Below, in pieces: positions 49,598-62,900 of a stretch of DNA of 64,000 nt. The position numbers and the translations under genes are program-made. Source of the DNA: Marsupella aquatica (taxonomy: Eukaryota > Plantae > Marchantiophyta). Position 1 is the first letter of the stretch. Each line of letters opens with the position of its first letter. The notes under the pieces were generated by a model. The model did not search any database and was not told the DNA's origin. It saw only the letters and a program-made list of their open reading frames with translations. The stretch is from the NCBI GenBank assembly GCA_973895155.1, contig OZ316892.1:22669168-22733167 (forward strand), written 5' to 3'.

Positions 49598-50278
49598 GTC
49601 CTCTGTAATCGCAGCCGGGGTAGTGTCGAACGCCTCTCGTCTCTCTCTCTCTGTCTCTCTCTCTCCCTTCCACTGTCGGCTCTCTCCCTGTGAATGGAAA
49701 TGGAATTCGGCGTCTGAGCTTGCGAATTGCGTTGGTGCGCAGCAATCGCGGAGACGGTGGTAAGAATACTCAGAATAGTAGAATACGTCCAATTTGTCGC
49801 CTTTGCGTGTGAGAGTTTGATGACCTCCTCGCGGATCTGAAAGTTTGATGACCTCCTCGCGGATCTGAAAATCGTCTGCCCTGCTCTGCTCTGCCTGCGG
49901 TTGCGGTTGCGGTGGTGGGCGAGAGGATCTGTGTTGTTGTGGTGGGCGAGAGGGAGGAGGGCGGAAACAGACGAAGAAGAAGGGTGGTGGTGCTGGATGG
50001 GAATGTGCGGTGGGTGGATGTTCATTACAGCAACGCTGAGCAGCTGCTGAATGAGGAGGAAGGAGTGGAGAAAAGAAGAGGAGAGGGGTTATTTGAGATT
50101 TTGTGTGAGAAGCAGCTGATGCTGCTGCTCTTGCTTTCGTTCGCTGGAGCTGCTGAGTCGATTGAACTATGAGAAGACGGTGCTGGGCTGACTGATTAGA
50201 GGACAGATCTGTGGCTGTGACGGTGGATATCAGGTTTTCGGGGTCTCTCACAGTCGGACTGATTGACCAGGAGGGAGA

Positions 50279-50310
50279 CAAGAAGAAGAAGAAGAAGAAG
50301 AAGAAGAAGA
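50279..50310. repeat. (AAG)~10 microsatellite in the presumed 5' leader
   Basis: Direct reading. Confidence 0.95.
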
Positions 50311-50827
50311 GGAAAGATTAGGAGAAGCACTAGGATCGGAACATGAGTTGAACTGAAGATGTCGATGAGATTGGAACTTGGGGAGGGCGAAAACAGGCTC
50401 TGAGCTCCGACAGCTCGTGTTAGCTCGTTACATCTATCTTGTCACCTCGGCTCAGCTGCAATTTGTGGAGAAATCTAAGGAAATCTGCGGCAGCGGTAGA
50501 GGTCGAAGAGCGAGAGGATTTTGAAGGGAATGTTGATGCTACTGTGTTGCCGATCATGGTCTCGTGACAGGCGGGTTTTCGTATAAGTATCTCACATTGT
50601 AGTTCGAGGGGAGGGATTCTGCTTTGTCGAGGACACAGTTAACGAACCGATTAGTGCGAAGCACAGTTGGAGCACTGGAGGAACAGGAAGAAACTCCTGT
50701 ATGTGATCAAGGATCGCCTCGTCGCCGGGAAGGGAGTCCGTCAGGCTCTGCTCAGCCGTCGTGTTCGTCCGCACCCCCGTACGTCACGCTGGGACGTACG
50801 CTGGGGAGGGGCGTCGCAAGACGCGCC

Positions 50828-52316
50828 ATGGCGCTGCGGAGGGCAGGCATGGATTCCAGAGACTGCCGTGGTTCCCCACCATGTCGCATGGAAGTGTCGC
50901 ACGAGGCTTCCTCTGCCCCAATGGAGATGAGGGTCTTGGCTGTTGATGATAACAATATTGATCGTAAGCTGATCGAAATGCTGCTGAAGACATCCTCTTT
51001 CAAAGGTATTCATACCTCTTTCGAAGGTATTGACCCCCTGTTATCTCGTCTTGGCTTGAGACATAGATTGCTCTGCTGTTCCGTGTGGGGGCTTGTTTCG
51101 TTGTTTCTATTACTTGGAGATCAATTTCTAGCGTCGTCTGATGTTGGCCCTGAGAAGTACCGAAATTCGATTTGCGGCCTGTGCAGTTACTGCAGTTAAG
51201 AATGCGGTCAAGGCATTGGAGGTCTTGGGGCTCAGTGGGCCTGATTGCTCTCCAAGGAGAAGAGTAAGTTCCGGGCTCTCTAAATCCCCTCTCAGACGAA
51301 TCTTTCGTGAACGCATTCATGATCTTCATCTGGATTTAGTTCCTCACCTTCTTGGCTTAAAATATGTAGTTTACTTTGTGGGGGTCCCCTGTCTTGTTTC
51401 TACCCTTGTAGCTCAGTAAAGTATATAACATTCTCTTGTATGTCTCTCCTCTACAGCCATTCATCTCCTCGTGTTTCTCGTTTGGCTTGTAGGCTGCCCT
51501 CCGATTATTGACATCTTTATAATCTGTCCGAGGTGGATGCAACCTCCTTCACGCAGCGGATCCAATTGAAACGTAGTTTGCTTATCGGACTGCCTTGCCT
51601 ATGTTTGCAGTTGGAGTATGACCTCATCATGACAGACTACTGCATGCCGGAGATGACCGGATATGAACTGCTGAGGAGAATCAAGGTACTTATGAACAAT
51701 CTATGGCTTGGCATCTACGTGTTCCCCATAGCCCTAGTTTCATGCACGCACGTGATTTTCTCGATTAGCTTACTGGTGAATCAATAAGCTGTGGAATGTC
51801 TTAACACTTTTACGTCTATTGACTGCAGCATGAATCTTCGGCATGGAAGCACGTCCCTGTCGTCATCATGTCATCGGAGAATAAGCCTGCTCGAATTGCC
51901 AGGTCTGTGTTTGGTTGCGGTTCTGTGTCCAGTGTGTTTGAGTTCCCTTCGTAGCAGATCAAATTATGATACTAGATATCCCGACGGTTGGTCACACGAA
52001 TTAGCGAAGCATGCAATGGCATATGTATGATTTCAAGTATTCTCGAGACCGTATTGAAAGATTCCTACTCTGACGGGGTTTTTGATTCTGTCAATGAAGA
52101 TGTATGGCAGAAGGAGCACAAGAGTTTTTGACGAAACCTGTGAAGTTAGCAGACGTTGAACGCCTGAAAGGATATGTTCAGCATTTAAAAGATACTCGGG
52201 GGGACATGCCCGGCACTTCGACTCCTTCGACGAAGAGGAAGAGCACGGCATCCGCCAGCCTCCCGGGGCAAAGTTTAGAGAGGCGGGCGCGACTCAGTGA
52301 GCTCACCGTTGCGTAA
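50828..52316 (+). CDS. Type-A cytokinin response regulator (receiver domain with short C-terminal tail)
   Basis: D-D-K triad: VLAVDD, IMTDYCMPEMTGYELL, PVVIMSSEN, FLTKPVK; no Myb/GARP or CCT domain. Exons 50828-51005, 51187-51263, 51611-51685, 51829-51902, 52100-52316; start ATG inferred (alternatives 50849, 50888). Confidence 0.93.
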
Positions 52317-53559
52317 AAATTCCACTGGCTTCCTAGCCGCGTGAGGATCGGGAGACAGGGGCCACGGACTGATCAATGAGCCTGCACTAGGAGAGGGTGG
52401 TGTTCCTGTTTGTGCGGAGACAGTTGCATTTAGTTCAAGGAAGCAGATCGAACAAACCCACCGCCGTCTTCGTCTTTGCTCTTGGAGAACGTCATTGAGT
52501 TGCTATTTTGTCCATTCTTTTTGAAGCTGTGGCTTGGCTGCGAACGTTTTCTGGCCATGTGTGTACATATCCCACAGAGTAGGTCGAGAAGCCTGGTGGA
52601 TTAAGTTTCAGTGACTGGAAGCACGTGGCTGGGTTTATCTTTATCATGGCGAGTGACGTTCTCGCGTAGGACGTTCCCTTCTTTAACCTGCCACTAGTGT
52701 GCAATACAGTCCGCCCTCTCAAGCTGCTGTGAAGATTGCGTGGTTTAGAGCATGCAAAGCGCAAACCAGCCTCCGGCAATTAGTCTAGTCTAGTTTTAGT
52801 CTCTCGAATGAGTTCTCTAGTGCACGAGAGAACGGTTAGGTTGGTTACAATTCTTAGTTGAATTAGATTCTTTACCATTACAATTCGGCTGTGCACGCCG
52901 TCTGAAGGGTCCTTCGGTTATAAGAAAATTGAGGTCCTGTGTACTATGCCTGCGCCATCCCATATTGGGTTGACTCCGGAAAATGATTGAAACTGTATTG
53001 AAAATTCGATTGCCACTTGATTCATCGTCGCTGTTGCATCTGTCAATAACTCTATATGCCGACAGGCTTATGGTCCATTCTTCTGTACTCCACCTCAACA
53101 CATACAAGCACTTGTTCTCATTCACAAATCAATGGAATTGGCGGTGTGCATGTACGGTTGTCAAGTTGTGTCCACGACAGACTAAAGCCAGGTGTACCTA
53201 AATGAAGGTGAGAAGGGTCTTTGTGCTGGCTTGCGTTTGCTGTCTATGCTACCGGCTTCTGTCAGATCTTGTCTAGTCACGGGCACATCAGTAAGCTTAG
53301 TGCGAAAGAGTCGGGTTCCAACTCTGAACCTTTCTTGGTTATGGGTCTGTTGTAATCATCGAACTCCAGATGGGCTTCTGGGCTACACTACTCTCTTCGA
53401 TGTATCGTGTCTATCTTTGTAAGTTTTGGAAAGTTTCATCGCAGTTAATCTAGTAAATCCTAAACTCGTATAATATCATGTGGGGGTGTTCTGGTTGGTC
53501 TCCTCGAGGAGCAACCAATCCACTGTACTAGATCGGATTAGCTCGTGTCATTGAGGATT

Positions 53560-54495
53560 TTATCTGATAGATGGATCTTGTAGACGTGCTCAACTCATTC
53601 CCGTCTGAGGCTCGCTTGAAAGTACCGATGATTGTATCTGATATATGGATGGATCTTGTAGACGTGCTCAAGTCATGCCAGTCTGAGGAGGCTCTTCCCT
53701 GTCTTTTTAAATCTTGTCGGTGCTGGGAACTCGCAGAACTCGTCATATTCGTTATAAGCTTCTGCTCGGCTCGTCTCGTCTCGTGATATTATCTTGCAGG
53801 TGTCCTCATTTCACGTCATCTTCTTGGGTGGCTATCTTTGGTATAAGGATCTCGTAGGTTCGTTTTCTAATTGTGCTCTTTCACGTTATCTTCTTGGGTG
53901 GCTGTGTTCGTGGTAGAAGTGATCTTGCAGGTTCACCTCGAAGCGAAGCGAACCGACGAATGAATTCCATTTTGCGCGGATACGCCAATTGGTATCAGTT
54001 TGCCGGAAACAAACGCCGGGCCATCGCCTATTTGGCTTACGTCCTGCGTTCTTCCTCGGCCAAGATGTTTGCAGCGAAATTTAAACTGCACTCCCTAAGA
54101 AAGGTATTCCAGATAGCAGGTAACGATTTAGGTGGGGTGCTCGATCTTGCAGGTTCATTTTCAAATCTCTATTACATGTCATCTTCTTCGTGAGCTTTTG
54201 TTGATCTCTCGCAGTCATGTCATCACCTCCTAGATCTTTGGAGTTTTCGTCTGGAGTCTGATCTCTACATTCCTCTAGCTCGTGTCATCTTCTGACAACT
54301 GTTGGAGGTCTACCGACTGGTTGTTCTCACCTTAGCCATAAGATCTTCTGGATTTACACTATTCTTGAAGTTGCATGTGAGTCACGTCATCTTCGAAATG
54401 TGTTCTCCAAATGCCATCGATTCACCCAATTCGCAGGTGAGTCACGTCATCTTCGAGATATGTTCTCCAAATACCGTCCATTCACCCGATTCTAA
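53560..54495. repeat. Patch of local tandem duplications (79-bp x2, ~65-bp x3-4, 61-bp x2)
   Basis: ATGGATCTTGTAGACGTGCTCAA x2; ATCTTGCAGGT..TCACGTCATCTTCTTGGGTGGCT recurring; GTGAGTCACGTCATCTTCGA..TGTTCTCCAAAT x2. Confidence 0.8.
53936..54142 (+). pseudogene. Group II intron-encoded maturase domain X fragment (probable NUMT)
   Basis: Stop-free PRSEANRRMNSILRGYANWYQFAGNKRRAIAYLAYVLRSSSAKMFAAKFKLHSLRKVFQIAGNDLG fits the domain X pattern (NSILRG..NYY..A / LR.S...T.A.K.K); flanked by a 15-bp direct repeat. Confidence 0.85.
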
Positions 54496-56972
54496 GTGTC
54501 ATCTTGATGGTCCTATCCTCCTATGAGAACAACACAGTACTCAGCTTCATTGGATTTTATATCCACGTAATCAACGTGATTGCTGACGGTATTGCTGTTG
54601 ATCTGCTTTCCTGCAGGTTGACTACTGGGCGTCATAAATTTACAAGTCCTGTGAAAAATAAAAGCTGAACTTCTCGATGTTATTAGAATTTCTGAAATTG
54701 AATCCACGTGATGCGAGGTCCTAGTCTATTTTGTTTCGCGGATCAAGAAAATTGGATTTGATAGGCAAATCTCCAGATGTATTCGTTATCTTACATGGCT
54801 TTTAAGCAGCTGATCGATGGGATGACACCTCTCATAGCTTCTCGATGTATTATGTTCCACCACAAGTCATAAGTGAACCATACGAAACTCACAATAATTA
54901 GTGAGATTATATAGTCATTTATCTTTGTTCAAATACATGTTTTGTCATTCATTTAGGAACTTTTAAGCTTGGATGGCTTGGAGGGCTGTCTGTAACAACT
55001 CCCATGGACTGAGGAAAGTGACAGTCGACTGTTACACCAGAGCGAAGCAGCAACCGGCTCAACTTTGGGTGGATTACACATGAACAACCATCAATTTGCT
55101 TAGGTTCACTTGAAATTGTGTACAAGTTTAGTGATGCAGTTTTACGAAAGCATCCCTTTGCCCAGGGACTGCTGTATAAACTCAACACGCCAGGCATTGC
55201 CCAAGAGTGGCCTCGCTGCCAAAGAGTGCAAGGGAGGTATTGACTGGCGATTGATTGATTGTTGGACTTCTGAATTGGGAATTCTTTGCATTGTGTGTGG
55301 TTGTTAGGTGTTGGATGATCCACTTTTAATTCTTCCAATAAAATATTCAGAACAGGCTTCATCCAGCAGAATTAGTCCATCTGAATTTGATCGAATTGAT
55401 CGAACTTTAGTTTAGTGCTTGTGCTACAATTTCCGAGAGAACCGTCGGCTTCATCCAACATAATCCGTCCAGCACAATTTGATCGAATAGATCTAGCTTT
55501 AGTGCTGTGATTCTGTGCATTCGAGAGATACACGGGCTTCGATAAGAATGAAACTTAATGCGTTCTCTATGGTGGAGAGACTGAAATTACAGGCTCGAGA
55601 GTGTGTAAAGAAGCGAATCCAAAACTGCATCCACAAGCACAATTCGTTCAGTAGGATTCGAACCCAGCTTTAGTCTCGATGAAACTTGTTATTACGCTTA
55701 ACCAAAGGTGAGAAAAATACGGCATGTAATAATGGCACTCAAAAGAGTGGCAAGTTTATAATTCGACCAAAAAAAGTGTGAATGTAGTAAATCTCACCCA
55801 ATAATTATGCACAATGTAAAGCTATGTGCCACTATATACACTATAAAAGGGGCCCAACTACGAGATACCTGCTTTTGCAGGCTACGCCAGTCACTTCCCC
55901 TCATAGGATCCTCATATTCCCAAAAACGTTTTTTGGTGACTTGCTAGAAGATATGAATTATTTTTAGATACAGGTTTTGGTGGAACGTAGATCTCACCCG
56001 GATTTACCTTTTAAAGCAGCAGAAAGCCCCATTTGGTCAATTAGTGAGATGACAGTAGTAGTCAAAACTTCCTGAAAATATGATCTACTTTTGGATACAC
56101 AATTGTGCTGTATGTGAAATGGCTACTAGGGGTTACCCAGAAACCATTTGGTTCAAGTGTAACTATTGCGAAGACAGCACACAGAGCACCCCATCCAAAT
56201 GTCCGGTTCAGAGAAAGTTGTAAAGAGCACATGTATTCCTCTTTCTTGTGCTTATCAAAATCTTACTCGTGGTACATTTAGGCGTCCAAATCCATATTTA
56301 AAGGTCCAGTTGAATCCCTTTGTAAATCTAGAATTTTTGTGAAAATTACATATCATCCATTAAATTTTGGCCATTGGATGTTCTAAATCTAAAATATTTT
56401 ATCACGTGTGTTTTAACACTCGCGTGACTTTCCACTTGATAATGCTCCTATTGGCATGCTTGGATGTTACACATTTATCAAGACCAAGAAGTTTGATGAA
56501 CTCAAATAACATTTTAATTAAACACAGGACGTCTTGGGCACCCCCGCCATAAATTCCGTCTTCCAATTGCATTCCCACATTGTAACTGCATTGAAACCAG
56601 GCTTCACCGCTTTCTTTCTTTCATTGTTTAATGAGATATTAATAATGATATGTGGCAATACCTGATTCAATGATAATAGTAATATACAACCAAACTGATA
56701 AATTGGAAGTTTTCGAGGTTCCTTTTCAAGAAGAAACCAAAGCTCTCTTTGATAACAATGTTCATTTTAGTGTAAATTTAGAGAAGCCACAATGCTTGTT
56801 TGACATGTAATCTCCCATTAATCTACATTCAAATTTTGCTTGAATACTCTTCTAATAGAAAGTAGGGATTTTTTGATCTTGTAACATAATTCAATTACAC
56901 AAAATGAAGTGTGCACCCCTTGCAGTTCACAAGCTTGGTGGCTGAAGATAAGTTTGGGTTGCATAGCCAAAT

Positions 56973-59900
56973 TTAGGGGTCTCTACATTCCTGAAACAAA
57001 AATAACAAGATTTTTTGTTAAAATACTCCAACAGCATTAAAGCATACTTGTGGGATGGGTATGTCACACTCAAGTAAATACTTATCTGCCTTTTTTTTAC
57101 ATTGCAATATTTTCTATCAAATTTGGTCATAGTGGCATAGTAGTAAATTCAAATATGAGTTAAACAAGACAGAGAAGTATGGAAATACCAAGGATGGTAA
57201 TGAGCTCTTCAGTTTTCGTTTAATTGTAGGGCTTGCATCCAAACAATGCTCTAATTGCTTTTGCAACTGATGATTCGATTCTGTGAGGCGCTTACGTTCA
57301 AGGTTTAGTGCCATCTTTTCAAGCATAACCTGTGAAGAACATTCATCAACAGTTTAACTACATTCATGATTTGCAACCTTTTGGGATCAAATAGCACATT
57401 CAAATGCAAATGTCAAAGGATCTTTGCGAGTATCATTGGACACTCTCAATGCTCTCCAAACAAGTTTTTCACCTGACTACAATCAAGACTAGAATGGACA
57501 AATTTACCCATAACAAAGTTCAACTTGGAGATAAGTTTTGGTGTCACAATTTATTCCATATCTCAGAAAAATAAGGTCAGGAGAGATGATTTAGATTATC
57601 TAGACAAGTGGAATAAATCTCAGGCTGTCAACTCCAACGGGGTTTGGTAGTTTTCAAGATACCAGTAACTGATCACTAATAGGGCTTCATTAGAAGTACC
57701 TCAAGTAAAGTCCTTAAGAGCATTAGCGGAAATCATATGCTACCCTTTCTAAAGGGAATTCCAAAGCATGCATTGCAGTGGGGAAAATTGGATAATATCA
57801 TATATTTCATGTTCCTTTAAAGAGCTGTTAGTCAGGAAATTTGAGTCATTGTTAACCTTTTTGGAGAAGGAACTAAACAAGGTCTTGAAAACAATGTCAA
57901 ATTTGTGTACCTTGTTAAACCTTTTATTCAGGTTGTCAAAATAGTTTAGTTGGTGGACCTCTGTTCCATCATCATCAACAGCCCATGATGTCATTTTTTG
58001 GTCGTCTGTATTTTTTGGAGCAACATTGGACTCCCCTGCCACAAATTTTGTTTCTAATAAAAGTTATGTGTTATCTCTACATGACAATATGCAAGAAAGA
58101 AAATTCCTTAGTTCTAATCTTAATTGTTGTTTGTCACAATTGGTTGGGACTTCCAGGTATCTTTGCATACTCAATTCAGTTTAGTGTGGTTTCACTAAAG
58201 AATAAAATAGAGTTACAAAGCATGAGCACATCTAAGTTCAGAAGTTCAAGTTCAATCTCCATAATACAAGTCTAGTTTCCAGAAAATGTTTCATTTCAAG
58301 GCTGCTATATGGCGGGACACTCTTTGGCTATCTTGTCTATTCAATTTGATTGAAATGTATTTTTATGTTCATTTGGCCTAGTCCATGCTTTAGCTGTGTA
58401 TTATTTAGAAGTTAGTCATTTTTGGCAGCCCCTTTAGCTATTTTAATGTCCTTACTTTTTATTAGGTCTCCTCCTATTTTTCTTAGCATTTTGAGGGGCA
58501 TATTTTCTTACCTGCATGAGAGAAGGTTCGACCCTTCAACCAAGCAACTAGTACACTATTAATTGATGAGTGCACCTTATATGCAGTTGGTTATAGAATT
58601 TACATTGTTCATGGTTTATTGATGAACAGGTGTCACCTAAATAAAGAGCCCCAAATAGAGCCAAAAGTTATAAAAAAAAACAAAACAAAGTTAGAGTAGT
58701 TCACTCTCTTCTCTTTGAATTGAACCATAAAGTGCTACTGTACTTATACAAGTACATTGACTAATATATTGAAATTGCACATGTCTTCAAATATTGTACT
58801 TTTCTCATTTAAAAAAAGGTGTACATTAACTTTCTTATAATTATTCTTCAATACTTGTTTTTTATAAACTAGTTAAGTTAAAATGTTTACCCATTTCAAT
58901 TATTTTAGATAAATCAAAATAGGCATGTAGTAGAATGAACATGCTATATAAAATTTTCATATGTGTCTAATTATGATTAATGATACAATCATTCATATTA
59001 CTACGGCCACCTGCATGATAAACTAAACCTGGAAATTGTGTGGTAGAAAAACCTGCTCCAATTTCCCAATTTGAGAATGGTTTGGGAGTAGTTGGAACAT
59101 CTTTTTGACCGTCATTTGATGGAAGGACAGAAGTAATACTAAATGGGTCGAAGGTAAATATATGTTCATTTTCTGTCTCCAACTGCATGAAAATGAAATT
59201 TTGCAGTCAAAATTAGGGAAGCTTTAGAGTGTACGCTTTACTAAACCCTGTTTCAGCTTATTTACTCTCTTTAACCATTTGTCTAGTTGTCAGTATGGCA
59301 TCCAAGGTGACGAACCAGTCAAAGACACAAACACATGAATGATCAAACTGCTGTACAAAAAACTAGATCCGTATGAATATTTGTTTGGGGCTTAAACCTT
59401 TAGTTTCCATCAAAGATAGCTACAGTAATACCGGACAAGAAAATGAGGGTCTTGGCTAAAACAAACCACTCCTTGTTTTGGCAGGCCTTAAATATAGTTT
59501 AATTAAAGGTGAAAATCTCGTTGGGGTTTACTGGGTTGACCACTTCATCTTGGCTGCTAACATCCCAAGAATGCATCTAAAAAATATTTACTTGTGTACA
59601 GGAATAAGCCAAGGTTCCCAGGCTATAGGACATTACCTTCCTATTCAACTCTCCTAATTTAATCAAGCGCCTTCCCATTTCCAGTTTCTCCTTTAAGTCC
59701 AAGCATGCCTCGCCACTCATCGTTGAAATTGCCTGGACAACTTTGTAGAACAACATCCATTGTTAGAGGTTATGTGCTCTGGTGCTGAATAGTTTTGAAA
59801 GCATAAAGTTCAACTCATAACAGGCACAGTGGAAAGTAGCTACATTGAAGTATCAAAACCCCATCAGTTATTAGTAGCCGGTACCAGCTATCAGTCTCTC

Positions 59901-62900
59901 CCATCAGTCATTTGTGTGCAGAACTTTCCACTCAGTGAGGACCAAGTTGACTGGGCCAGGCTGCCAAGTTGAAAATTTGACCCCAGAGAGATCAGCTGAG
60001 TGGGGAATTTCAAACTGGGCCAGGCTGCCAAGTTAAAAATTTGAGCCAGAGAGATCAGCTGAGTGGGAATTTTCACACTCGGCATGGCCACGAAGAGAAC
60101 GAAACCAACCAATTGATCCTCAAGTTTGTTGAGGTTGCTGAGCTTCACTGGTACTAGTAACTCATAATTGATGGGCTTAACAACATCCTATATTTGGCAA
60201 TTGGAACATACAACCAATCGGCGCATAGGTCTGGACAGGCAAAGCAACTACCAAACAACATTTTTCATGTGTTACCTATATACTGAAATTCCTTCATTAA
60301 CTTGCACATAATACCAGCTTTCAACTCAAGCAACCGTTTGAGAGCTTGAGTAATTGGACTGAAATGTCACTCAAGGTAGTACCATCTACTAATTTACATT
60401 GTCATTCTAAATGTTCTCCATTGTTCAGTGTTTGGTATTTAGAGCTGAGCAGCTACTACCCAATTGTGGTACCTTGAGTTTCTCATGCTCTGATATGTGC
60501 ATTTTGTTCAGAGAACGCTTAAGATCTTGATAGTGTTTGTTGATTCTGTCCTTTTCTTGGCGGAGTGCTTTGTTGGAAGCTTCCCACTCTCGACTGCACA
60601 CCATATTAGTAACCACTCCTAATGCATCAGAATACCAGAAAAAGGAAGTTTCAAAGTATCCTTTCATAATTTCAACTGTTTTTTTTATCACAGTAAAAAT
60701 GTCATCTCCAACATATGTTCAACAGATTAGTTGATTGGCCATAAAACCCAATTTGTTTGCTTAACAAACTTGAAACTGGAGGACTATTTGTCTTTCTATT
60801 TGTGGCCAATAAAGGGTTGGATTCAGTCATTAGCAAAAAGAAAGACAGCTATAATAGAGGCAAAAATCAAGACAGCTATAATAGTTTAACTAGTATGATG
60901 TTCAACTTAGGTTATGGAGCAAAAAATGGGGAATCCACACCCCATTTCTGCAAGTAATCTACACCCCATTTCTGCAAGTTATCTAGTTTGAGGCACAGCA
61001 TTAAGTGTTACCTATTTGTAGCAATTCTGGCCCGCCAATAGGCAAGGAGTTCATGCAATCGTATAAGTTTTCTCATCCTTTGTTCAATTAGGCGAGCCAT
61101 GATTGTGTCTTTCTTAACCATTTGCTTGAAAGCAATGGTCTTTGCTTCTGTGCTAGCTAAGTATGCCTGTAGAGATATGGGCATCAAATTTGTCATGCAC
61201 CAGCATCAAGTACAACATTGATTCCGAGTCAATCATGTTGATTATCATTTAGACAACATATATTTTGTGTTCTTGTGTTTCAAAAGCTAATGGATTCTTT
61301 ACTTCCAAATTTTCATGAAGAAGCTCACAAATGCATAATTTCTATCTTAAAACCTTCTAAACTAAATTAATTAACAGCACAACACACACATCTCGCCCTT
61401 TCTGCTTGTGCAACATGATCGTGATCCAACAAAGAAACAAATAAGCAAAGGCCATAAATGTAGTACGATGGTTATGTGTTGGTATGTAGATCAATGTAAA
61501 TTCTGTCTTTGGGGGTCAAACTTACCTGATGAGTTTCTTGAATTTGATTTTCCAAGTCCTCAGCAACACCTTCAAGAGATATCTTTGCTACATTGTACTC
61601 CTCGGTACTTTTATTCTGCCCAGAATAACTCTTCTGTTAAGTATACATGGACAGAGCTCTAGCTGCCTTCTCCACCTCCATAACTTGGCTTCTATGGCAA
61701 GAGATTTCCAAAGTGCATGTTGTTGCTATTGTGAAAACCTTGTCATAGCCCTCTAGTGTTTTAGATGGTTACTAGAAATATTGAGGGATGTTCCAGGATT
61801 CAAGCTGGTAGGATATATTTACCCAAATAGAATCTTAAGGAGTACCTTTTGACTCAAAGGATCTTGCTTGTTATGTATGACAAGGGTGCACATAATGTAC
61901 AAGAGTAATCAACTAGTACAAAATCTTTGTACTCGATGATTCATATTCTTTTTATAAGTTGTTTAGAGATCCACAACATTTATTCACTGGGAGCTTCACT
62001 TATAACAAAGGAGGAACAAACGCCATAGGTCAAACAACAAGTGAATTATGGTCTTGTTTTCACTCTTACTGAGTATAATATAGATCTCCACCTTCAGCTC
62101 CTCTCTTGTAGATTCGAACTCTTGCCTCTGCTCGTTTAGAGCCTTTTGAAACTCATTCTCCATGGCTGCCATCATATCTTTCAATTCCTAAGACAATCTC
62201 CAGCCCCAGCCATGTTGTATTTACAACCGCATTCAAGAGATTTAAAAGAGAATACCACTCTAGCTAAAAGCACGTCTTTTAGGATATTGTCAAATTCAAT
62301 ATTTGGATGTTTTGTGAGGTGACATGTTTTGAGGTCTTTTACAATGAACAGTTTGTAGAGCATCCCTTAGACATGCTCCCACATCATGGCTGAGAAAGAT
62401 TTGAAACAAAGTCCCTCTTAGAAATGCTGCTTAATTGTTTACCAAGTAGAAATGATTTTCTTATGGGCTGCTAGCTCTATTGAGAAATTAAGTACCTTTC
62501 TGTTTTTTTCATGGCTAGATGTAATGAATACTCTCTCTTTTGAGAATTCTTCTTCTATCCGCTGAAGTTTGCTTTGAAAGTCTACTTCCATGATCTTCAC
62601 TTATGCACATGATATTATACAGTCATGATGGGCACACAATCAGACGTATCATCTCATCTCAACCAAGTTGTTTGGAAGAGACAAGCAACAGTCTTCACAT
62701 GGACAAAATCTCTACCAAAGAAATGGTCAAGCCGTGGTTTTCAATTGAAATGTATGTTGAAGGGTGACATACACAATAATGCACACTGTGCATGGGTTTG
62801 AACTTCAGGTAGAATTTTTACATTGTCAAAGCTTACTGACAAGACATCCATTTCAAGAAACTCCATGAGAATTTCAACTGCAAGTTATTACAATTAGGAC

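Noticed and set aside
48990-50281. Long overlapping ORFs (180-270 aa) on both strands
   Set aside because: Expected in GC-rich low-complexity promoter/leader sequence; no domain features.
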